From a virus, in IMG/VR virus record IMGVR_UViG_3300037297_000178, positions 1 through 64,000 of that record: 64,000 nt of DNA; one strand, written 5' to 3'. A program made the position numbers and the translations under genes. Positions 32,906 through 42,714 of this stretch are shown piece after piece (position 1 is the first letter of the stretch; each line of letters begins with the position of its first letter). The notes beneath the pieces are model-generated. The model did no database searches, was not told the origin of the DNA, and worked only from the letters and a program-made list of their open reading frames with translations.

Positions 32906-34720
32906 ATGAGCGACAATATACCAGATGGAGTATTCTCAATCAAGGAACTTCACCGGTTGAGAAAACAGGAATCTGCCCTACGTGAGACGAATGCTCTCGT
33001 CTCTACATATCAAAAGCTCTATGCACAAATACGGGACGACGATTCTATACCGAACAAGGCCGACAAGATTCGTGAACTCACGGCTGAGTTCGTGTCTCTC
33101 GTGTCCGAAACTTTGGACGCAGACAACGTCGTGCGTGGTGTCATAGAACCTGAGGTCGAGGGAAAAGACGACTTCAGCCCGGAACCCGAACCGGAAATGG
33201 AGCTTGACGGGGACGAGTTCGACCTCGATGAGAAGGCGGAATGGACAACTGCCTACATCAACGACCTGCCGGACTCTGCTTTCCTGTGGATTGCTAAAGA
33301 AACGCCTGAGGGCACGCCTGCGAAAAAGGACGATGAGGGTAGAACGGTCCCCCGTTCCCTGCGCTACTTCCCTTACAAGGACGCACAGGGTAACATTGAC
33401 CTCCCTCACCTTCGGAACGCTATACAGCGTATCCCGCAAGCGAAGCACCCTGAGCTTACCGAAGCGCTTAAAGAGCGGCTTCAGACGAAGGCTCAGCGTA
33501 TCTTAGCAGACGAGACCGGTGACAAGTCGGCTGGCGAGGAGTCGGGCTTAGTCCCGAAATGGTTATTGAGGCTGTTCGGTCGACCGACCAGTCCCCCCAC
33601 GAAGGAACAGGGTGTTGTGTTAGTATCGGACGTACAAGAAGAATCTTCGTTCCAGTTGTTCAAGGACACGTCGGGTCGCTTCAGGTGGCTCGGCATTGTG
33701 TCGAACAACATAAGAGACCGGGAAGGCGAAATACTGTGTGAGACAGCCCATAAGGAGTTCGTGCGGGCGCTTGACGCGAAAGAGACCGAAATGCCTGAGC
33801 TGTGGCTGTGGCACACACCCGGTTCGGTATGGGGGAAGGCCGACACGGTCGACGTGGCGAACGGATTCCTGATTGCTTCCGGTTACGTGCTCGAGGGCTG
33901 CGAGGAAATAGCGGAAAATCTTGACGGCATGGAAGTCAAGATGAGTCACGGTATGCCGCGAGCGCTACTCGAGTACGACGCCGAAGACCCCTCGATAATC
34001 ACGAAGTACATATCGATTGAGTTTAGCGTGCTTCCCGCGAAGCACGCAGCAAACGCCCTGACGGGCTTCAGTGTTACGAAACTCTTGGAGGAGAGACAGA
34101 TGCAAGACGAGAAGCGTGAGTTCCTCATTGAGGCCGGGATGAAACCCGAAGTGGTTGACGGCCTCGTTGAAGGGACGAAACAGCTATCAGACCTTGCGGA
34201 CGTGCTCGGCCTCGACAAAAAAGAACTCGGGCTTGAGCCGACCGACGCACCCGAGGCTAAACCGGACGACAAACCGGTCTCCGAACCGGAACCGGAACCG
34301 GAACCGGAAGGTGACGCGGTAAAGGACGAGCCGGTTGTCGAGGGCGCAGTCACGCGTGAGGAGATAGCACGAGTAATAGCACCCATAATCAAGTCGCTGA
34401 GTGCCCACGAGGCGGCTCTCGTACAGGTAGGCGCGATGACCGGCCAGCTTGAGACAATCGCCAAGAACGTCGGCGCGTTGACCACAGTCGTGTCGCAGCT
34501 TCAGAAGGGAACCGAACAGCAGGTGAAGGACGCTATAACGGGCACACCGCCCGCCTCCCTCGAGGCGCTGATACAACAGGCGGTCACAGGCCCGGACGCA
34601 GCCGACACAGTCGTCCCCGACGACTCCCCGCTGGCGAAGGACGCCCCCGCCGCCCCTCAGCCCAAAGAAGAAGGACCGGGCGGCTTGTTCTTCACGAAGT
34701 TCCCCGAATACGGCGGGTAG
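32906..34720 (+). CDS. prohead protease - scaffold fusion protein
   Basis: DREGEIL ... PELWLWHTPGSVWG ... MSHGM ... ISIEFSVLPAKHAAN fits an HK97-type prohead serine protease. Acidic coiled-coil C-terminus; directly upstream of the capsid gene. Confidence 0.6.
   Translation: MSDNIPDGVFSIKELHRLRKQESALRETNALVSTYQKLYAQIRDDDSIPNKADKIRELTAEFVSLVSETLDADNVVRGVIEPEVEGKDDFSPEPEPEMELDGDEFDLDEKAEWTTAYINDLPDSAFLWIAKETPEGTPAKKDDEGRTVPRSLRYFPYKDAQGNIDLPHLRNAIQRIPQAKHPELTEALKERLQTKAQRILADETGDKSAGEESGLVPKWLLRLFGRPTSPPTKEQGVVLVSDVQEESSFQLFKDTSGRFRWLGIVSNNIRDREGEILCETAHKEFVRALDAKETEMPELWLWHTPGSVWGKADTVDVANGFLIASGYVLEGCEEIAENLDGMEVKMSHGMPRALLEYDAEDPSIITKYISIEFSVLPAKHAANALTGFSVTKLLEERQMQDEKREFLIEAGMKPEVVDGLVEGTKQLSDLADVLGLDKKELGLEPTDAPEAKPDDKPVSEPEPEPEPEGDAVKDEPVVEGAVTREEIARVIAPIIKSLSAHEAALVQVGAMTGQLETIAKNVGALTTVVSQLQKGTEQQVKDAITGTPPASLEALIQQAVTGPDAADTVVPDDSPLAKDAPAAPQPKEEGPGGLFFTKFPEYGG
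34283..34309 (+). repeat. (GAACCG)4 hexanucleotide tandem repeat
   Basis: Encodes the EPEPEPEPE linker inside the protease-scaffold gene. Confidence 0.9.
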
Positions 34721-34729
34721 GTGAGAGAA

Positions 34730-36226
34730 ATGAGCGACACACAAAAAATTCTCGAGATGCTGGCCGAAACGACCAGCAAGAACACGGAAATCCTTGAGCG
34801 TCTCGCGCTTGACGGGAAGAAGGGTTCACGACGGGGCTTCAACTGGAAGTCGGTTTACGACACAACCGGCGGTCAGACTGTAGCACCCCTTCACGGGCAC
34901 GGCGGTATACTGTCGGTGCTCGGGGCGGAACGCGACGTAATTTCCGCCCGCGTCAACCCGATGGGAATCGCGGCTGCGGTCCCCAAATTTCCCTCGACGG
35001 CAGACTACCCCTTCTACCCGTTCATCACGGGGTACACTGCTGCGGAGGGGACGAAACCGGACGAGGTTTGTGACGATGCGCCCACGAACAAGATGAAGAC
35101 ATGCTACCTCAGCACGAGGTGGGGCTTCGTCAGGTTCGACAGCGACGTCATTGACTTCACGCGCGTCATGAGGCGCATAAACAGAGGCGAACCGATGGAC
35201 CTGGTCCTACACGGCTCGCTGCTCGGCGATATGGGGCAGCTTCCCCCGGGCCTGTCACAGACCGACGTCCTCAACTACATCGTCATGTCGGAAATGGTGA
35301 AGACGGCTGCGGCGGCTGAGCTTGACCTGTATCAGCAGATATATCAGGGCACGGCGGCTGCGAATGAAATGGTAGGTCTCGATACGCAAATATCGGACGC
35401 TATCGTTGACGCGAAGACCGACGTGGCCTGCCCGGCGCTTAACTCCGACATAAAGGACTTCGCGTATGCGAACATCGACGGGTCGGACGGTCGCTCGATA
35501 GTGACCTATCTGGTATCGATGGTCGAGTATCTCAAGCATAACGCGAGGCGCATGGGCCTGTCCCCGGTGCAGTGGGTGCTCACAATGCCCCCGACACTGT
35601 GGGTGGAGTTGAGCGAAATATGGCCTTGTATCTACAATACGGGCCGGTGCGGTAACGGCCTGAGAGGCCAGAACGACAACGTGTTCCTTGACGGGCGCGA
35701 GAACACCGCCGAGCGCGACGCCATGCGCGAGGGTATGTACATCGACATTGGCGGCATGAGATTCCCGGTTATCACGGACGACGGAATCCACGTCCACACA
35801 GGCGACGACAACGCGAACCTCGTTGACGGCGAATTTGCGTCAAGCATCTACATGCTTCCCGTCACCATCCAGAACGGCTTCCCCGTTCTGTACATGGAAT
35901 ACCTCAACTATCAGGACGCAGTCGCGCGTGAGAACATCGCACTCCTTCGCGGTATGCAGACCTTCTGGTCAGACAGGGGCATCTACTCCTGGGCCGTCGA
36001 CATACGGAGGTGGTGTTTCCAGTTGTCCCTCGTCTCGCATCAGCGAATGGTGCTTCGCGCACCGCAGCTTGCAGGACGCATCCAGAACATCAAGTTCACC
36101 TCGATGCAATACCTGAGAGACCCCTACCCCGACCATCCGTATAACCTCGACGGTGGTGTCTATAACGAGCGCGAAGACCCCTGGGAAGCCTTCGACGGTG
36201 AGGACCCCTGGGAACACGGGCGCTAG
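34730..36226 (+). CDS. major capsid protein (by position and size)
   Basis: 498 aa directly after the protease-scaffold gene and followed by a strong terminator; ATG at 34730 after GGTGAGAG. Confidence 0.6.
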   Translation: MSDTQKILEMLAETTSKNTEILERLALDGKKGSRRGFNWKSVYDTTGGQTVAPLHGHGGILSVLGAERDVISARVNPMGIAAAVPKFPSTADYPFYPFITGYTAAEGTKPDEVCDDAPTNKMKTCYLSTRWGFVRFDSDVIDFTRVMRRINRGEPMDLVLHGSLLGDMGQLPPGLSQTDVLNYIVMSEMVKTAAAAELDLYQQIYQGTAAANEMVGLDTQISDAIVDAKTDVACPALNSDIKDFAYANIDGSDGRSIVTYLVSMVEYLKHNARRMGLSPVQWVLTMPPTLWVELSEIWPCIYNTGRCGNGLRGQNDNVFLDGRENTAERDAMREGMYIDIGGMRFPVITDDGIHVHTGDDNANLVDGEFASSIYMLPVTIQNGFPVLYMEYLNYQDAVARENIALLRGMQTFWSDRGIYSWAVDIRRWCFQLSLVSHQRMVLRAPQLAGRIQNIKFTSMQYLRDPYPDHPYNLDGGVYNEREDPWEAFDGEDPWEHGR

Positions 36227-36244
36227 TTTCCACCTGAGACTCAA

Positions 36245-36275
36245 AGAGGCAACCTTCACGGGTTGCCTCTTTTTT
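36245..36275 (+). terminator. intrinsic terminator
   Basis: AGAGGCAACC-TTCACG-GGTTGCCTCT followed by TTTTT. Confidence 0.75.
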
Positions 36276-36291
36276 GTTACTATGGTATAAT
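36263..36291 (+). promoter_or_regulatory. promoter TTGCCT-17-TGgTATAAT, -10 box 6 nt from the ATG (leaderless layout)
   Basis: The -35 is embedded in the terminator stem; TATAAT at 36286..36291, then CGCTCT, then ATG at 36298. Confidence 0.5.
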
Positions 36292-36297
36292 CGCTCT

Positions 36298-37215
36298 ATG
36301 AAAACTTACAAGTATAAGGAAATGACGCGTTTTCAGGTCGGGCAGGCCGTCGCGTGGGCGAAGTTCCTCGAGGACGGCGTTTTCTCGATAGAAACGCCAG
36401 CCGGTAAGAGTCGGGTGTTCTACCCAGGTCGCCTCACAAAACCACAAGAGAACGCGCTGTACAGCCGCTTCATCATCGGCTCAATGGTCAAGTTCGCGCT
36501 CTCACAATGGAAGGAAATTTATAAGACGCGCCTCGTGGGCGTCCCCATAATGACTGAGGGAGGCGGGTACGCTTTCTTTCACGGGATACTTGACATATTA
36601 CACAACGAATACGACGTGTGGCTCGCGTACATGTGGGCACGCCGCGAGCGTATTCGAACACGGAACGGAGACGAAGCCTTCGACCCGTTCAAGGCTGCGC
36701 CTGTGGCGGGAAACCTCGAAATCTTTAGCGCTAAGGCCGACGACGTGTCGGTGTTCCTGTTCGACATAATAGCGACGGGAACAACCGGCGTCGCTGTTAT
36801 ATCGTACCTCAAAGAACACCTGGGACCGCGTCTCAAGCACATCGTTTACGGGAGTCCGTGTGGCTCGATGGTCGGAGCGCGGGCCATACGCGAGGCGGCA
36901 GGCGACACCCCCTGTATGTGCCTGTTGTCAGAAGGGGCCTTCGGCCTGTACGAGAACGGGACGTACCTTTCGCTTCAGCTTGAGGGGGCGTACACGAGTG
37001 AGGCTAACCTCGAAATGTCCCGGACGGTGTATCCTGACCCGCGCTTCTGCCACATCGGGGCCGGGGGACGGGCGGCTGCAAGTTATCGGCTGTATCGGGA
37101 CGAGCTTGAAGAAGAAAAACTTGACCTGGGCCTAAAAGGCCCTGCGGTCAAGTTACATTCACCAAAGGAATGGGAAACGGCCTGGGAAACGGGCGTTTTC
37201 GCCTGTTACCGTTGA
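36298..37215 (+). CDS. uracil phosphoribosyltransferase-like (PRTase fold) protein
   Basis: VGVPIMTEGGG (cf. VPILRAGLG), VFLFDIIATGTTG (cf. PRPP motif DPMLATGGS), VISYLKEHLG, HIGAGGRAA (cf. PGLGDAGDR). Confidence 0.45.
   Translation: MKTYKYKEMTRFQVGQAVAWAKFLEDGVFSIETPAGKSRVFYPGRLTKPQENALYSRFIIGSMVKFALSQWKEIYKTRLVGVPIMTEGGGYAFFHGILDILHNEYDVWLAYMWARRERIRTRNGDEAFDPFKAAPVAGNLEIFSAKADDVSVFLFDIIATGTTGVAVISYLKEHLGPRLKHIVYGSPCGSMVGARAIREAAGDTPCMCLLSEGAFGLYENGTYLSLQLEGAYTSEANLEMSRTVYPDPRFCHIGAGGRAAASYRLYRDELEEEKLDLGLKGPAVKLHSPKEWETAWETGVFACYR
36725..36734. repeat. TTAGCGCTAA palindrome, copy 7 of 10
   Basis: Inside the PRTase-like CDS, read TTT AGC GCT AAG (FSAK). Confidence 0.95.
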
Positions 37216-37421
37216 CCGGTGTACTTGTCGATGTAGTTCTGTATCACCGCCCGGTTAAGGGACGGTGTGGGCTGCGGTGAGTCGCCCGTCTCTTCGCCTG
37301 TCGGCTCGTAAGGTGCGTCACAGCCTACACAGACCGAGACTGCCACGAGCACAATCGAGACAATCACGAGCCATATCAGGGCTGTTCGTGCTATCTGTGT
37401 TACTTTCGATAATTCGTACAT
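37206..37421 (-). CDS. small membrane-anchored protein (last gene of the tail operon)
   Basis: 71 aa; N-terminal TALIWLVIVSIVLVAVSVCVGC followed by a Pro/Thr-rich tail. Confidence 0.5.
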   Translation of the reverse strand: MYELSKVTQIARTALIWLVIVSIVLVAVSVCVGCDAPYEPTGEETGDSPQPTPSLNRAVIQNYIDKYTGQR

Positions 37422-37425
37422 GTCA

Positions 37426-38034
37426 CTACCTCCTTACTGATATTTTATCACAGATTTGTTCTGGTGTCAATATCGTCAACGCATCGTAAACGCGCTTGTA
37501 TTCGGTGTACACGCTCGCGTCTCCAACGACGCGAGCAATACTTTGAGCACCCATTGTGCAGCCCAGGAACAGGTTAATCCACGCAGGCTGATACACGAGA
37601 TTCCCTAAAAAACCGCGCCAATTGTCCCAGGTAGACGCCTTACTATCATACACCCGAATGAGTTGAACGAGCGGGTTGTCATTTAGAGCTAAGAGCCGTG
37701 CCGTCGTGTCGGCTACGTTCGCGTAACGCTCCGACACAGTGTGGCTTGTGTATGACACCTCGAGCAAGAAGCCCTCTTCGGCGGTGCTCGTGAACGAGGG
37801 TGTAAATTCAAGCCCAAGCACCATTGCTTCCGCCTGTTGTACGATAATGGGTGCAAGCACCGCCCAGGTCTCAAGAAGCGCTTCTTCAGTCGGCTTCTCA
37901 GTTACGGGGTCGGCCCACGAGAGGGACACGTATTCGTTTGGAGGACCCACGAGGTCCCACAGTGTGCCCGGAACGAGCACGTGTACACAGAGAGGAAAGT
38001 CAATCATCAGTATGACTCCAATTGATAAACCCAT
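37426..38034 (-). CDS. hypothetical tail-module protein
   Basis: 202-aa ORF. Confidence 0.5.
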   Translation of the reverse strand: MGLSIGVILMIDFPLCVHVLVPGTLWDLVGPPNEYVSLSWADPVTEKPTEEALLETWAVLAPIIVQQAEAMVLGLEFTPSFTSTAEEGFLLEVSYTSHTVSERYANVADTTARLLALNDNPLVQLIRVYDSKASTWDNWRGFLGNLVYQPAWINLFLGCTMGAQSIARVVGDASVYTEYKRVYDALTILTPEQICDKISVRR

Positions 38035-38531
38035 ATACCGCCGAACACGTTCGTCCCAAACTGACTATCGACCCCGAGGCCGTATGTAGCGGCTGTTACC
38101 TGACATCGATAGTATAACCTAACGTATCGGGTCGCGTTAAGCGACATGAGGGCATGACCAATTGATATAGCCTCGTTGTACGCCGTCGACACGGCGTAAG
38201 GGTAGCGAGAAACACCATATCGTACAAGCCCGTCTTGTGAGTTCCATAGGTATGTCTGGAAACGACTGACATAATAGCCGACGGCCCACCAATTCACGGC
38301 ATAGACGCCCATTTTGAGATACAGGTTATTTGACCCGATGGTTGCACCGCACGTGTTATCCCATAAGGCGTTAAGCGGGTATTGCCGCCATGCCCCACTC
38401 GTTGCAGTGCCCCCATTCCCGCCTGTGTAATACACAGCCTGGGCCGTTCCGAGGGCCGACTGAAAGTCGCCTTTGAGCATTTGTGTCATTTCGGGGTTTC
38501 GGACGTTAGGCATATGTGCCCCCCAGGCCAA
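38007..38531 (-). CDS. hypothetical tail fibre or tip protein
   Basis: 174 aa, Gly/Tyr/Trp-rich; the start may be the internal Met at 38513. Confidence 0.45.
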   Translation of the reverse strand: MAWGAHMPNVRNPEMTQMLKGDFQSALGTAQAVYYTGGNGGTATSGAWRQYPLNALWDNTCGATIGSNNLYLKMGVYAVNWWAVGYYVSRFQTYLWNSQDGLVRYGVSRYPYAVSTAYNEAISIGHALMSLNATRYVRLYYRCQVTAATYGLGVDSQFGTNVFGGIWVYQLESY

Positions 38532-39705
38532 GTCGGTTGAGTTGTTGTCTTACTTGCGAGTGTTTCGAGGCGGTGATTGACACAGACGCAGGTATTGAAT
38601 AGTCTATTTTTTCGATGAAAAGGAACGTCGGGTCGTCAGAGGTCCCCTCTGACACCTGACCAGGGAGTAGGTCAACCGTCTTTAACCATTTCCCGGGTCT
38701 GATGTCCCAAAGCGGAAGCGGTTTCCCGTATTTATTCCTGACACGCTGCCCCACGTCCGAAAGATACTGAAGATACTCGACTGAGGTCCGTGCGGGTGCA
38801 ACCTCGTAGTAAAGCACCTGACCATCGTACACTCCGACCACATATCGGTTATTCGAATTGTCTCCGAGTTGAACGAGGTTTTTGAGGAGGCCGAGTGCCT
38901 CTTGTTCAGAGTATGCGCCGTCAGGAATAGCGAAGGCGTTTGTCGCTATGTTCAAGAAGTCAGTGCTTATAACGCTGTTCGGTTGTGCGTTCACTATGTC
39001 CTGTATTTGAGTGCTAATGCCGACCGTCCCGGTCGCGTTGTTGACGTAAGTATATGTGCTAAACCAGTGGAAGTAGCCGAGGCAGGTGAGGGTCATGTTG
39101 AAGCTCCCTGACGACACATTTATTTTCTGTGTCGTCTCGGGGTATGCGTGCTCTTGAAGGTACATAGTTACTATTTGATTTGCCTGTGCTGATGTCACCT
39201 GCCCACATTGAACAGTTGTCAGAAAATAGCCGAACAGTCCTTGACTGACTGAGTCGGAGACAGGGGTTGCATATGTGGTCGGGCTTCGGTAAGGCGGGCT
39301 AACACTCGTGTCGTGGTTTGTGTACGTGCCTTGTATATAGTTCGACACGTCGAGGAGAGGTCCCCTCTGAAGGCTCAATGTCCCGAGGTTTGCCTTCACC
39401 TCGTTGACAAACCCTTCCCAAACACCGACCCCTTCGGGACTGTAAAGAGCGATGTGTCGCCCCAGGCCGTTAGCAATCCAGTCGTCTATAACGGCCTGAC
39501 AGTCGTTTATCTGTATTCCCATCCCGTCGTATCCCCCGAACGAGGACAGGCTATATTTCGCCGACTGTATTTCTGACGCAAAAGAGCGCTTGAATTGTCC
39601 TTCGGGCACATACGTTATGTAAGGCGGACCGCCCCCGGGTACAGTGATGGTCGGGTTCCACGCGTTAAGCGTAAATGTTCCGAGGCGTCTATACGAGGGG
39701 AACAT
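38506..39705 (-). CDS. hypothetical tail/baseplate protein
   Basis: 399 aa, immediately downstream of the 1002-aa tail protein. Confidence 0.5.
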   Translation of the reverse strand: MFPSYRRLGTFTLNAWNPTITVPGGGPPYITYVPEGQFKRSFASEIQSAKYSLSSFGGYDGMGIQINDCQAVIDDWIANGLGRHIALYSPEGVGVWEGFVNEVKANLGTLSLQRGPLLDVSNYIQGTYTNHDTSVSPPYRSPTTYATPVSDSVSQGLFGYFLTTVQCGQVTSAQANQIVTMYLQEHAYPETTQKINVSSGSFNMTLTCLGYFHWFSTYTYVNNATGTVGISTQIQDIVNAQPNSVISTDFLNIATNAFAIPDGAYSEQEALGLLKNLVQLGDNSNNRYVVGVYDGQVLYYEVAPARTSVEYLQYLSDVGQRVRNKYGKPLPLWDIRPGKWLKTVDLLPGQVSEGTSDDPTFLFIEKIDYSIPASVSITASKHSQVRQQLNRLGLGGTYA

Positions 39706-42700
39706 TTACGCTTCCCTGTAAGGTGTCATGTAGCGCGAGACTTTTTCGGCCTGCACACTGTATGACTGCTGAAGCTGTGACACCCACACCTCGTAGGTCG
39801 AATCCCATCTCATCCCCAAAAACCACACGCGCTGATTAGCGTTAGCCTGAAGTTTAGCCGGTCCGGTTCGGGGTTCGAGCGGTATTTCAATGCTGTTGTC
39901 GATGTAAAATTCGTTTTGTGGATAGATTGTTCGTGAGCTTGCAACGAGCCTGTTTGATGGGTCGCTTATTGAGTCGATGTCGAAATACTCGGCGTAGTAC
40001 GTGTCGTCGGCCTTACTCAACACGTCGACAAAGCATTCGTCGACGTCGAATATACACAGGTCGTACAGTCTAAGAGCTGGTGTGCCGTTTGCAGCGTCCC
40101 CCCTAACATCAAGTGTGAGATTGTTCACGCGCGTGTTTTTGGGGATGGCAATCGGTAATATGTCAATCACGCCGAGGTCAATCACAAGAGCGACGCTTTC
40201 AGCGACACCGGCTACCTGAGTGATATTAGCGACTTTTGAGTCGATGTATGCACTCCCCGTATTTACTCTTAGCCACACCTTTAACCAGTTCGCGTCGGAC
40301 ACGCTTTCGGCATATACTCTCAAGAAGGCCCTGTATCGCCCGAGGTAGTCGGTTTGAACGCCCGGTATGAAGCGAGTTGTCACAAGTGTCGCCTCACCTC
40401 CGGCAGAAGGTTGCCAATAGGCATACTGACCGGCGGGAACAGAAGGTGACGCGACAAACGACATGTCGCCTGTGTTCCCGTAAATGGGGTACACGCCCGG
40501 TCGGTTGTTTTCCTGTGCAAGGTTAATGAACGGACTGAAAACCTCTCCTCGTTCTGTCGAACGTGACGAGATAATCATTCGGTGTGGATAATAGGTATTA
40601 TCCACAACGCCGTCAGGGTACACTTTGAAGTGCGTATAACAGGGAATGTCACCTGGCACATCCTCATCGTCAACCTCGACATGTGCCCAGGTGACAGTAT
40701 AAATGTCACTGTCAATCTCAGGGACCGTGTACAAGGCATTGACGGTTGTGACACGAAGCCTGACCCACCATCCGGTGACGCCGTTCACCGCCGTTGTTGC
40801 AAAATCGGACGGCGGGATGAAAAAGTGCCCTTTGTGCTCGCGTATCAGCATATCGACGGTGTTCGGCGGGTTTGCGAATACGTTGTCACGCGCTGTCGAG
40901 TTGTAGCCCGATAACGCCGCCCACGCCGCCCCGTTCCAGTATTCGCGCGTGAAGAACAAACCCCTTGACGAGGTACACAGAGGGAGTATGAAATTATTGA
41001 ACGCCCCGTCGTCACGCAGGACGGAGTCCTCAATACATATGTAAATTGCATCATTTACTTGAGGGGGGAGTCCCGTTATAAGAGGTTGAGGCGTTGAACT
41101 TATCGGGTATAGCGATGTGTACGTTCCTGCGCTCGTGTCGTAAAAGTAGGCGTGTGTTATCTGTTTGTTTGTCTCTGAGTTCGTAACGAAGACCTTCTCA
41201 GTCGTTTCGCGGTCAATTGACCGCCTCGTGGTCGGGAATTGATACAAGTTCCCGTCTGACCCGTAAATGTACAGGAATCCGGTTGTGCCAGGGAAATAGT
41301 ACAATTCTCTAGGCTTGACGGTTTCTTTTGTCATAATGAGCGCGAGTTTAGTCAGTTGGTCTTCTTCGGCCTGTTCTGTTAGCCAATAGGCCGTTGTGTC
41401 AATGTATGACGCATTGTCGCGCTCCGTCCAACGTAGACCGTTCACATACAACTTCTTTGCATCTGTGTCGTACTCGAGCCAATTGAGCCATATGTAATAG
41501 TTCTGAGCACACGAGTGTATTTTATCGGACGAGAAGACACCATTTTCTACGTTGAGCTTATACACGCCTGAGTTCACCGAATAGCCTGCGGTGTACATAT
41601 AGTCTCCAATTTCCAGGAACGGTCCTGAGAACGAATCGTTTCCGAAAAGACCGCTCGGGAGCCACGTTGTACCATCTTCCGAATAGATTATTTCGGGTGT
41701 TGTAGTGTTGTAAGCTGTGTAGCAATACAAGCACCCTTGCGTTGAGTGATAGCCGAGTACACCGTAAATGTTACTCGCTGATGTCTGAAATACAAGCGCC
41801 CACGCACCGCCGTTTGACCTATATATGCCGTGCGTTCCTGTCACCTCACCATATACGTACATGTACGTCCCATCATTTGTCATTAGCGGGAAGTAGTTCG
41901 CGCTGTTGGCTATCGGGGTTGCAGAGAAAAGGGCGAAGTTCGCGCCGCCGTCGTTCGAGCGGAAGACACCGTTTGCGGTGAAGGCGTACAGGTATCCCCC
42001 GAATATTGTCCATCCCCTCACGTGTGCCGTTGGAGGCGTCGCGCTCACGACCCAGGCCGTGCCGTTGACGCTGTATCTGACGGTCGGGACACCCGAATCG
42101 GATACGAACAGGGTATCGCTTGCACAGCCACATTGACCGGCAGGAACGTAGAAACAGTGATTCCCCGTCGTAACGGCTGTCCAGTCCCGAATCAGGGCTT
42201 CTTGTCTGTTTGACAGGTTAAGCACCTCTCCTGTCCCAGGAGGGGAAGAAAACCATTCGGTGTGCTCAATCTTGAAGTCGAGGTCGTCGAATACGCTCGG
42301 TTTTTGAGCAAACGGCTGGTCGAACGGGCCTCCGACCTGCGGACTGTTCCACAGCCCAACGAGCGCGTAAGACGGCACAGACTCACATTTCGCCTGCTTG
42401 ATGATGTACACCGGGTTGGGGTTGACGCCGGTCCAATAGTCGATAGCCTTCATTAAAAGCGTCAACAAGCGACGGTACTCACGTATGAGGTCAAGGGGGG
42501 CAGTGTCACGTACTGCGAGCGACAGTCGGTCGGTTATACTCTCGAAGCGTGTGTGAACGATGGTTCGGCCTGGGGCAGTCGGAGACTCCTGAAAAATGCC
42601 GTCAATCGGAAGCACTGACGGTTTCCAGTCTTTCAATAGGAAACCAGCCTTTAGCGCTAAGAGGTTTACCTCGTCCGTGCCGTCTGTTATCTTGAATATG

Positions 42701-42714
42701 ACATATCCACTCAT
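39706..42714 (-). CDS. large distal tail protein with BNR/Asp-box repeats
   Basis: 1002 aa directly after the tape measure; Asp-box-like YSVNGTAW, SNDGGANF, YSEDGTTW. Confidence 0.6.
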   Translation of the reverse strand: MSGYVIFKITDGTDEVNLLALKAGFLLKDWKPSVLPIDGIFQESPTAPGRTIVHTRFESITDRLSLAVRDTAPLDLIREYRRLLTLLMKAIDYWTGVNPNPVYIIKQAKCESVPSYALVGLWNSPQVGGPFDQPFAQKPSVFDDLDFKIEHTEWFSSPPGTGEVLNLSNRQEALIRDWTAVTTGNHCFYVPAGQCGCASDTLFVSDSGVPTVRYSVNGTAWVVSATPPTAHVRGWTIFGGYLYAFTANGVFRSNDGGANFALFSATPIANSANYFPLMTNDGTYMYVYGEVTGTHGIYRSNGGAWALVFQTSASNIYGVLGYHSTQGCLYCYTAYNTTTPEIIYSEDGTTWLPSGLFGNDSFSGPFLEIGDYMYTAGYSVNSGVYKLNVENGVFSSDKIHSCAQNYYIWLNWLEYDTDAKKLYVNGLRWTERDNASYIDTTAYWLTEQAEEDQLTKLALIMTKETVKPRELYYFPGTTGFLYIYGSDGNLYQFPTTRRSIDRETTEKVFVTNSETNKQITHAYFYDTSAGTYTSLYPISSTPQPLITGLPPQVNDAIYICIEDSVLRDDGAFNNFILPLCTSSRGLFFTREYWNGAAWAALSGYNSTARDNVFANPPNTVDMLIREHKGHFFIPPSDFATTAVNGVTGWWVRLRVTTVNALYTVPEIDSDIYTVTWAHVEVDDEDVPGDIPCYTHFKVYPDGVVDNTYYPHRMIISSRSTERGEVFSPFINLAQENNRPGVYPIYGNTGDMSFVASPSVPAGQYAYWQPSAGGEATLVTTRFIPGVQTDYLGRYRAFLRVYAESVSDANWLKVWLRVNTGSAYIDSKVANITQVAGVAESVALVIDLGVIDILPIAIPKNTRVNNLTLDVRGDAANGTPALRLYDLCIFDVDECFVDVLSKADDTYYAEYFDIDSISDPSNRLVASSRTIYPQNEFYIDNSIEIPLEPRTGPAKLQANANQRVWFLGMRWDSTYEVWVSQLQQSYSVQAEKVSRYMTPYREA
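42651..42660. repeat. TTAGCGCTAA palindrome, copy 8 of 10
   Basis: Inside the 1002-aa tail protein CDS (-), read TTA GCG CTA AAG (LALK). Confidence 0.95.

Noticed and set aside
34283-34309. The (GAACCG)4 tandem repeat as a possible VNTR or CRISPR-like element
   Set aside because: It is only 4 units and lies in frame within the protease-scaffold gene, where it encodes an EPEPEPEPE acidic linker. There is no spacer structure. No CRISPR array exists in the window.
37683-37692. TTAGAGCTAA, a one-mismatch variant of the enriched palindrome. Half-sites GCGCTAA also occur at about 12254, 12614 and 19661, and TTAGCGC at about 61799
   Set aside because: These are not palindromic or are only half-sites. 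Near-misses at this level are expected by chance, so they were not counted among the ten copies.
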